Shown: one piece after another, positions 1-6,351 of the stretch
Position numbering within the stretch: the stretch's first letter is position 1
Layout of the letters: each line of letters opens with the position of its first letter
IMG/VR virus record: IMGVR_UViG_3300020161_000999
Span: 1-34,727 of that record
Strand: one strand, 5' to 3'
DNA from: a virus
Taxonomy: Duplodnaviria > Caudoviricetes
Length of the DNA stretch: 34,727 nt
Translations under genes and position numbers: made by a program
Notes under the pieces: model-generated
Database searches by the model: none
Told to the model about the DNA's origin: nothing
What the model saw: the letters and a program-made list of their open reading frames with translations, nothing else

Positions 1-18
1 GGGGGGGGGGGGGGGGGG
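1..18. repeat. Poly-G tract (18 G) at left end
   Basis: Seen directly; a second tract of 15 G lies at 34706-34720. Confidence 0.9.
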
Positions 19-50
19 CAATATCCGTGCCATTTTCCCCGTGTTTTTTG

Positions 51-272
51 CTAGTGCGTCTGGTCCTTGAGGGGCACGCGAACCCACGCGCCGCCAACGT
101 CGAGCACCACCATGTGCCCGTCGATCCACTCGACGCGGCCACTCCACGCACGGCCTGCGGTGGTGCCGCTGATGAAGTCGCCCACGGCGGGCTCAGCAGC
201 GAAAGCGGTGTGCTCGGCCATGCCCGCCACGGCGGCGAGATACTCGTTCTGATGTGGGTCACTACTGTACAT
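51..272 (-). CDS. Small early hypothetical protein (73 aa)
   Basis: ORF with AAGGAG RBS, downstream of a TTGACA promoter. Confidence 0.75.
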   Translation of the reverse strand: MYSSDPHQNEYLAAVAGMAEHTAFAAEPAVGDFISGTTAGRAWSGRVEWIDGHMVVLDVGGAWVRVPLKDQTH

Positions 273-302
273 CGGTATACTTACTCCTTTGAGGGTGGCG
301 AG

Positions 303-330
303 AATGTATTGATGCGTGAACTTCTGTCAA
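303..330 (-). promoter_or_regulatory. Sigma70-like early promoter TTGACA-N16-TACATT
   Basis: -35 at 325-330, -10 at 303-308; operator copy adjacent at 333-350. Confidence 0.65.
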
Positions 331-332
331 GC

Positions 333-350
333 GGTTCCCAATTCGGAACC
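333..350. promoter_or_regulatory. Operator 1 GGTTCC-N6-GGAACC
   Basis: Palindromic; related copies at 461-478 and 776-793. Confidence 0.7.
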
Positions 351-352
351 AT

Positions 353-427
353 TTAGCCATCAAGTTGGCCAGCGGCGACGAGCCGAACCAGCACCAGAAT
401 CAACTCAGCGATCAGTTCCCAGTTCAT
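353..427 (-). CDS. 24-aa hydrophobic peptide MNWELIAELILVLVRLVAAGQLDG
   Basis: AAGGAGG RBS, own upstream promoter, ATG to TAA; below the ORF-track cutoff. Confidence 0.6.
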   Translation of the reverse strand: MNWELIAELILVLVRLVAAGQLDG

Positions 428-458
428 GGCGTTGCCCTCCTTGGCATTGCTGACGAGC

Positions 459-486
459 ATGGTACCCATATCGGAACCAATTGCAA
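459..486 (-). promoter_or_regulatory. Promoter TTGCAA-N16-TACCAT overlapped by operator 2 (461-478)
   Basis: Hexamers at 481-486 and 459-464; GGTACC-N6-GGAACC overlaps the -10 and spacer. Confidence 0.6.
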
Positions 487-529
487 GGGGAGTTCAGAAA
501 AAATCTTTTCAAGCGGTGAAGCGGGGACT

Positions 530-766
530 TCAACCTTCGGCGTAGCCGCCAGCCTTCGGCTTGTGGCGGCCCTCGCCCTTGGCCACCTGGGCCTTGAGAC
601 GCAGCACGTCGGCCTCGGCAACCATGTAGGAGCCGCCGACCACCTCGTGTTCGAGCTTCCCGGCCAGGGCCAGTTTGCGGATATACCGCATGGAGCAGCC
701 GTATTTCTTGGCCGCGTACCGGCAAGACAGCATTTTCCGGCCCTTATCGTCTTTCATTGCGATCAT
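530..766 (-). CDS. Small basic HTH DNA-binding protein (excisionase-like fold; candidate repressor)
   Basis: AAKKYGCSMRYIRKL...GKL...GGSYMV resembles HTH_17/Xis-type domains; divergent from the integrase. Confidence 0.7.
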   Translation of the reverse strand: MIAMKDDKGRKMLSCRYAAKKYGCSMRYIRKLALAGKLEHEVVGGSYMVAEADVLRLKAQVAKGEGRHKPKAGGYAEG

Positions 767-773
767 GCCACCA

Positions 774-801
774 ATGGTACCGATTCGGGAACACAAAGCA
801 A
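774..801 (-). promoter_or_regulatory. Promoter TTGCTT-N16-TACCAT overlapped by operator 3 (776-793); probably yields a leaderless mRNA
   Basis: The -10 box is 7 nt upstream of the ATG at 766 and there is no SD. Confidence 0.55.
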
Positions 802-880
802 ACGGCTGGAACCCCGACCCAGGCCACCTGTACAATCCGGTGGCCGGGTCGAAGTTCGAGTGGAGGCGAGTTCGGTTTAA

Positions 881-904
881 TAAGTGTATACTTCTGTACA
901 CTTA
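881..904. promoter_or_regulatory. Inverted repeat TAAGTGTA-N8-TACACTTA (candidate attP core or operator)
   Basis: Perfect 8-bp arms with an 8-bp spacer, AT-rich, just upstream of the integrase. Confidence 0.45.
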
Positions 905-935
905 GGCTTCGGCCGAGCAAAAAGGAGTCACCACT

Positions 936-1829
936 ATGCCCATGCCGTTGCCGGAATTGCTTGAGCGTTACGCCCTGTTACGCCAACTGAAGCCCAAGAG
1001 CGTCGAGCTCTACGAGATGCTGCTGGATCGCGTGAAGAAATTCTTGGGGCGCGAGGCCACCACCGACGACCTCGACGACCTCATCATCAGTCGTTACCTG
1101 AAGTGGCGAGCAGAGACGCCTGGGTGGAGGAACCGTCTGCCCGCGCCCGCCAGCGTCCGCAAGGATCGCGTGATGCTGGCAGCCATCTGGACCTACGCGG
1201 CCAAGAAAAGAATCGCCGCCGAGTTCCCCGAGTTGCCAAAGGTGAAGGTTCCCAAGCGGCTGCCCACGGGCCGGGCCTACACGGCCGAGGACGTGGCCGC
1301 CCTGGTGCGGCGCGCCCGCCTGCGTTGTGGACGCACAGGCGGCCTTCCTAGCGGCTGGTGGTGGGCCACCATCATCTATGCCATCTACTGCACTGGCGAG
1401 CGTCTGGAGGCCACCATGAGCCTCCGGTGGGCCGACGTTGATCTTGAGCGGCGGCGCGTCGTGTTTCGCGGCGAGACCCGCAAGGGATCGACCCGCGACA
1501 TCGAACGGCAGATCACGCCCGACCTGGCCGAGATGCTGGCCCTGCACCGGCGGGCCGACGCCGATCTGGTCTGGCCGTGGGACCGCCGCACGAAGAGCCA
1601 GTGGACGAGCTTGAAACTGCTTTGCCGCAAGGCGGGCGTGAAGTATCGGGGCTTCCACGGGCTTCGCAGGACGGCAGCCAGTTACGCCGCACTGGCCGGG
1701 GGCCGCTCGGCCGCGACTGCGTTGCTGGATCACAGCGACCCGAACCTACAGCGGGTATATGTCGATCCGGTCATATGCCCGAACGAGGAAGACTCGACGG
1801 CCGCACTGCCGCACCTCGACTTGAGATAG
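936..1829 (+). CDS. int: Tyrosine recombinase/integrase
   Basis: TGER, RKG, HGLRR, LLDH and VY catalytic motifs; AAGGAG RBS. Confidence 0.93.
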   Translation: MPMPLPELLERYALLRQLKPKSVELYEMLLDRVKKFLGREATTDDLDDLIISRYLKWRAETPGWRNRLPAPASVRKDRVMLAAIWTYAAKKRIAAEFPELPKVKVPKRLPTGRAYTAEDVAALVRRARLRCGRTGGLPSGWWWATIIYAIYCTGERLEATMSLRWADVDLERRRVVFRGETRKGSTRDIERQITPDLAEMLALHRRADADLVWPWDRRTKSQWTSLKLLCRKAGVKYRGFHGLRRTAASYAALAGGRSAATALLDHSDPNLQRVYVDPVICPNEEDSTAALPHLDLR

Positions 1830-1842
1830 CCCGGCTGACGGG

Positions 1843-1876
1843 GGCGGCGCGGGGAAAGGATAAAACCCGCGCCGCC
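1843..1876. terminator. Hairpin between convergent genes
   Basis: 11-bp stem GGCGGCGCGGG/CCCGCGCCGCC; no clear U tract. Confidence 0.5.
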
Positions 1877-1892
1877 GCACCCGCCGCCCGGC

Positions 1893-2093
1893 TCATTGTT
1901 CCGCTGGCCTCTGGATGTTCTCTCGGCTCGCCAGCATCGCCAGCAGCCGCTCGCGCTCTTCGAGCAGGCGGCCGATCATGCGGGCCGCCGTGCCGTTGGT
2001 GGCCGTCCACGAGTTTGCCGGGCCGTGGCGGCCGACCCACAGCCACGCCTCTTGAGCCTCGTCCTCGGAGTAGGGCACGCGGCGGTCAGTCAT
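1893..2093 (-). CDS. Hypothetical protein (66 aa)
   Basis: GAGGAG RBS; overlaps the stop of the upstream gene. Confidence 0.7.
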   Translation of the reverse strand: MTDRRVPYSEDEAQEAWLWVGRHGPANSWTATNGTAARMIGRLLEERERLLAMLASRENIQRPAEQ

Positions 2094-2445
2094 CACGCTC
2101 CTCGCGGTGGAGCAAAAGGGCCAAGAGCGAGTAGGAGGCAAGATCGAATAAGTTGTCCTCAAGCGACTCGTTCTCCAACTTCCCCGTGGCGTTGAACGTC
2201 GCCAGCCGCGTCACCTTGTCCGAGAGCCGCACCATCGCCCCCTTCCACGACGGGATGCCAACGAACTTCGCACCGTTGCGAATGTTGGCCAGCGGATCGG
2301 TGCCGCTCGGGCAGCCGTAGTCGCTTGATTTTCTGCGGTGCATTTCCTTCAACGCATCGCACAGGTCGAAGAACGCCTGCGACGTTGGATGCACGCCCGT
2401 CGCCAGCACACCATCACCATTGAGTCGGTTCGCCACGTCAATCAT
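2086..2445 (-). CDS. DUF1599/nucleotide modification-associated domain 1 protein
   Basis: K..DYG...DPLAN...VRLSDK..RL...ESLEDN..DLASY motif. Confidence 0.75.
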   Translation of the reverse strand: MIDVANRLNGDGVLATGVHPTSQAFFDLCDALKEMHRRKSSDYGCPSGTDPLANIRNGAKFVGIPSWKGAMVRLSDKVTRLATFNATGKLENESLEDNLFDLASYSLLALLLHREERDD

Positions 2446-3515
2446 TTTCCTTCCCTCAAGTCACGGTCACAGAACAGCGGATATGCACGGGTCACTTCGC
2501 GGCGGCCACCGTCGATGATTGCCATGCCCTGGCATGGCCTCTCAGGAGAAGCGACCCGCTCAGCGTATGGTGAATGTCCAATCACGCTCCCGTTGGCAAC
2601 GTATCGCGCACCTCTGAGCCAACCCCACGAGTGGTAATGCCCAAAGATCGTAAGGTCCGCCTTGCGCCCCGCATCCCAGCGAGCGATGGCCTTGCTGGCT
2701 GGCAACGCGAGGCCGTAGACGCCACCAGCGAAACGAATTGAGTGGCCATGCGTAGTGCGAACGAGGAACCCGTCAAGGTCAACGTAGCCAAGGTGCCCTT
2801 CGGCAATCTGCCACTGCACGTTTTTGTTTCGCTCTTCGCGGGCCAGCGTGAAATACATCAACTGTTCCCACGAGTGATCTAGTTCCGTGGCGATGCGGTT
2901 TTTCTCGGTGCTTCGCCCGTGGTTCCCGGCATTGGTGCAGACGATCACGCTGCCGACGTTGGCTGCGATGCGGTCGATGAGCCCACGCAGCCGCTCCGAG
3001 ATCCACCGCGTGGCGTTCATCGGAGAAAGTTGGGCCACCTCGGCACAGTCGGGGTGGATGTGGCCCGTGATGAAATCGCCGCCCAACCAGACCAGCACGC
3101 GGTCAATGTCCGCCTGGTTGCGTTCGTGTTGCAGGCAGTCCAGAAACCGCTCTTCGAGTTCCGCGAGCCGGAGTTGACATACGTCAAGCGAGTAGTTGTT
3201 TTCGCCGTTGACGGTCTCAGGAAGTATGCGCTCTTCGCAGTGAACGTCGCTGAGCATGAGCACGGCAGTGGCCTGGTGCTTGGTGCGTTTCTTGCCCTTG
3301 ACGCTTTTGGTCAATGGGGCGGCCTTCACTCCCTGCAAAGACACAAGCGAATCCGCCCGCGCCCGCTCGGCGTCGATCTGCGCGAGCGCCGCCTTGTACC
3401 GTTTTTGGTACGAGGCGACCTCGGCCCGCAGGCGTGCGATCTCGGCGTCGGCCTGGAGCTGCGAGGCGTGCTCGACCCCGGCAGCGATCTCGTCGGCTAT
3501 TTGTCTTCGAGCCAA
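2442..3515 (-). CDS. Calcineurin-like metallophosphoesterase with N-terminal coiled coil
   Basis: SDVH, GGD, GNHGR, HGH and GHYH motifs; TTG start inferred. Confidence 0.85.
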   Translation of the reverse strand: MARRQIADEIAAGVEHASQLQADAEIARLRAEVASYQKRYKAALAQIDAERARADSLVSLQGVKAAPLTKSVKGKKRTKHQATAVLMLSDVHCEERILPETVNGENNYSLDVCQLRLAELEERFLDCLQHERNQADIDRVLVWLGGDFITGHIHPDCAEVAQLSPMNATRWISERLRGLIDRIAANVGSVIVCTNAGNHGRSTEKNRIATELDHSWEQLMYFTLAREERNKNVQWQIAEGHLGYVDLDGFLVRTTHGHSIRFAGGVYGLALPASKAIARWDAGRKADLTIFGHYHSWGWLRGARYVANGSVIGHSPYAERVASPERPCQGMAIIDGGRREVTRAYPLFCDRDLREGK

Positions 3516-3745
3516 TGCAGCACCCCGTGGTAGCCCACGGTGGAAATCCCGTGGTCGTTCAAGTATTTGCTGATCGCCTTGCACACGGGCTTCTTGCCCG
3601 GCCCGAGTTCGCCCGCCTTGTAGGCCCGGCGAATTTCCGCGAGCGTGGCCCGATGCTCGGGGGCCACACGGTCGCACCACCGCAGGGCCTTGCCGCTGGG
3701 GATGTTCGACTTGATCTCAGCCAGCAGGCTTTTTGCCTTTGCCAC
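3497..3745 (-). CDS. Hypothetical basic protein (82 aa), possible HTH
   Basis: GTG start with purine-rich RBS; coupled to the downstream gene. Confidence 0.65.
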   Translation of the reverse strand: MAKAKSLLAEIKSNIPSGKALRWCDRVAPEHRATLAEIRRAYKAGELGPGKKPVCKAISKYLNDHGISTVGYHGVLHWLEDK

Positions 3746-3896
3746 GACGGCCCCCTTTCTTGGATTTCGCCGCGCGACGCAGCACCATGTTGCCGTCGTC
3801 GTCGAGGATGCCAAGGCCGGTCGGCTCGTCGTCCTCGAAGTCGAGCTCAGCCAACTGTGGCGTCTTGGCCTTCGGCTGTGGTGGCTTGCGTGGCAC
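3717..3896 (-). CDS. Hypothetical protein (59 aa)
   Basis: AAGGAGG RBS before GTG. Confidence 0.6.
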   Translation of the reverse strand: MPRKPPQPKAKTPQLAELDFEDDEPTGLGILDDDGNMVLRRAAKSKKGGRRGKGKKPAG

Positions 3897-4341
3897 GGGC
3901 CGCCTCCTTCCGTGCGTTGGAAATCGCACGGCGAACCAGCACCCTACCGGCCATGTCAACGAACGGGAGGCCGCGATCCGCTGCCGCCTCGCGGAGATAG
4001 CCCACTACGGTGTCGATGTTCCGCTCGCACCAGCCGGGTTCCTGCTTTTCCATCGTGTCCATGTGATTCGCGCGGGCGTTGCATTTGCAGTTCGGCGTGG
4101 CGGCGATGCCAATCTTGGAAAGGAGTTTTTTCAGTTCTGTGCCGGGGCCGTGGGTCGGGGCGGAGGGTGTGGGTGCGGGTGGCACGAACCCCGGCTTCGG
4201 CTCGCGCGGGAAAGCCGGATGGTCAACGTCCACCGTGATCTGGCTGCCGTCCTCGCTGACGATGCACGGCCGCACTTCGTCCAGCGTGTAGCCGCGTTGG
4301 CGGCAGCGGGCGAGTAGGTGGTCGCGGTGGCACGCAATCAT
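3847..4341 (-). CDS. Hypothetical protein with Cys motifs
   Basis: ATGA overlap with the upstream gene; CKC and WC motifs. Confidence 0.7.
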   Translation of the reverse strand: MIACHRDHLLARCRQRGYTLDEVRPCIVSEDGSQITVDVDHPAFPREPKPGFVPPAPTPSAPTHGPGTELKKLLSKIGIAATPNCKCNARANHMDTMEKQEPGWCERNIDTVVGYLREAAADRGLPFVDMAGRVLVRRAISNARKEAARATQATTAEGQDATVG

Positions 4342-4973
4342 GGCAGCGGGTTCGGCTCACAGGCAGGAAGGCACTCTAAAGTGCCGACAAAACAGTTCGG
4401 AGTAAGAATGACCTGTAGATTGCTTGTGTCTGCTGGCGCAAGCGCTACTAGGCTTGCCGCGAAACAGTCTTCTTCCGTCGCAGGGCACACAAGAGTGCCA
4501 TCGCAACACACGCGAACGTATGACTTGGCAATAGGGTCTTGGTTGCCCTGACTGTAGCAGTCAAAGTGGTATTCAGTCGCGTTTCCCCAGCCGTTTGCCA
4601 GCAGATGATCGCGGACATTTTCTACCCACTCCTGCGCCCTTGCAGGCCCATCCGCGTTGACTATGGGGAAAGTGCATGAAAACAGCAACTTGTTTTCGCA
4701 GCAGTTTTCGCAAAACGACTTGAATAGCAATTCGCTTGGGTTGCCGTTCTCGTCGATTGTTACAGAATCATCTAGGCAACTGCCATGCGGTACGCCTTCG
4801 CAGCAGCATGGTAATTGGCAAGTCCCAACTGGATCAAAACCCCCTTGGACGAAATCAGGAACAAGCGCGCACGACTTGCTAGTGCAGCCGCCGCCGCCGC
4901 AGCAACACGCCGCCCCCGTGCCCAAGGCACCATTCCGCACGACGAGTTTCCCATCTTGCACAGTCAGGCTCAT
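4338..4973 (-). CDS. Cys-rich protein (22 Cys in 211 aa), putative variable tail-tip protein
   Basis: End of tail module; ATGA overlaps; lower-GC body. Confidence 0.7.
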   Translation of the reverse strand: MSLTVQDGKLVVRNGALGTGAACCCGGGGCTSKSCALVPDFVQGGFDPVGTCQLPCCCEGVPHGSCLDDSVTIDENGNPSELLFKSFCENCCENKLLFSCTFPIVNADGPARAQEWVENVRDHLLANGWGNATEYHFDCYSQGNQDPIAKSYVRVCCDGTLVCPATEEDCFAASLVALAPADTSNLQVILTPNCFVGTLECLPACEPNPLP

Positions 4974-5461
4974 GTGGTCGCCGTGGCACAGGTGGAGATG
5001 GAGATTTGCACCGTGGACGCAGTGCCCAGCGAAATGACGTTGATACGGCCAAACTCCAAGGAACCGCCGAGCGTTGCGCTACTAAGGGCCGTGCCCGATT
5101 CAAGTTGCGGCACCAGCAGATACCACGCCGTGCCGTCCTTCGCTATTGAGCAGTCCCGCTGCGGGCCTTCAGGGATCGGCCAAAACAGATTGGTCGCGCT
5201 CACCGTGTTCGGCGTTGTCGTCTGGTTGCGGAACGTCACCGTCTTCGCGGAGCCAATCGACCACGCGCCGGTGAAGGTGCCCATGCGGAAGGTCTTAGTG
5301 GAGACGCCAGGCACCGAGCCGAACTCAATGCCCGGCTGGCTGCGGTCGCCCGCCTCGACGGCACGCACGGTCTTGGCGATCCGCTCCGCAGCGGGCCGCG
5401 TGAACGTGACCCGCTCGACCTTCGCCGGTTTGCCGTCTGGCTTGCGAGACCCTCCGTACAT
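4970..5461 (-). CDS. Putative minor tail protein
   Basis: Position after tape measure; GGGAG RBS; Thr/Ser/Gly-rich. Confidence 0.65.
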   Translation of the reverse strand: MYGGSRKPDGKPAKVERVTFTRPAAERIAKTVRAVEAGDRSQPGIEFGSVPGVSTKTFRMGTFTGAWSIGSAKTVTFRNQTTTPNTVSATNLFWPIPEGPQRDCSIAKDGTAWYLLVPQLESGTALSSATLGGSLEFGRINVISLGTASTVQISISTCATATT

Positions 5462-5472
5462 GGCACTCCCCG

Positions 5473-6351
5473 TCAGGATGTCGGCGGCGTGCCAAAGTAG
5501 GTGGAGAAGGCGACCGCGCGGTTCACTCGGCGCTCCAAGATGATTACATCGCCAGAGGTTTGCAGGCCGCCGTTCTGCGTGAGCGCGACCACGTTGGCGG
5601 AAGCCACGTCAGTCTCGACGCCTGTTTCGTCCCGGTACTTGACCGTAGCACGCTTCAAGGTGCCGCCCTCTCGGTAATTCCAGCCAGAGTTAGGCAAGAA
5701 CAGGTTGTAGCCGCTCGGCTTGTAGGAGAGTTCGGCTGTCACTTGCCAGTAGGTGACTTGCTGGCCGTTCACCACTTCGGTTGTCTTCTGCGCGCTGATG
5801 CCGTTGCATAGCCACTGGTGGGCCGCTGCCCCGGCGTAACTGTCAGAGTTCACGCAGCCAGTGACGGCAACTGCCGTAGCCAACGGGAACGCGGCGCGGT
5901 TGCCAGCAACGGTGGCCCGCAGTTCGCCCTCAATCGCCTGCGCTCCCTCGATGATGTCGCCAGCCGTATTCACAAGCGGCCTAATCGTGCCGTTCCCGTT
6001 GCCGTCGTAGTAGCGAAACGTGGGCACCGACAAGCCGCTGGTGGAGAAGCTCCACACGTCTGGCCGTGAAAGCGGGCTGGGCACAAATCCGCCAGTGCCT
6101 TCCGCTGGCGTGGCGAACGAGTAGACCGCCTCGGCGTGGTAGGCGTTGGACTCCGTAACCTGGCCGTCAACGCACAGCATGTAGCCATATTCTGGGTGCG
6201 CCGTGCCGTGCGAGTATCCGCCATTGCTAATGATCGACTGCGTGCTCGTCGCCCCGTCGAGCGAGTACGACATCCGAATCTGAGCCGTGGGGCTTTCGCC
6301 AAAGCGGTGCGAAAACGACCGGCCCAGTTCTCTTGATCCAACAACTGCCAT
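5473..6351 (-). CDS. Putative distal tail/hub protein
   Basis: Directly follows tape measure with TAATG coupling. Confidence 0.7.
   Translation of the reverse strand: MAVVGSRELGRSFSHRFGESPTAQIRMSYSLDGATSTQSIISNGGYSHGTAHPEYGYMLCVDGQVTESNAYHAEAVYSFATPAEGTGGFVPSPLSRPDVWSFSTSGLSVPTFRYYDGNGNGTIRPLVNTAGDIIEGAQAIEGELRATVAGNRAAFPLATAVAVTGCVNSDSYAGAAAHQWLCNGISAQKTTEVVNGQQVTYWQVTAELSYKPSGYNLFLPNSGWNYREGGTLKRATVKYRDETGVETDVASANVVALTQNGGLQTSGDVIILERRVNRAVAFSTYFGTPPTS

Noticed and set aside
803-880. tRNA fragment at attP
   Set aside because: GTTCGA is present, but no cloverleaf or matching acceptor end could be built.
266-900. Invertible promoter segment between the inverted TGTACA-N3-GTATAC sites
   Set aside because: The central bases differ and homology is short, so an operator role is more parsimonious. 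It cannot be excluded without read data.
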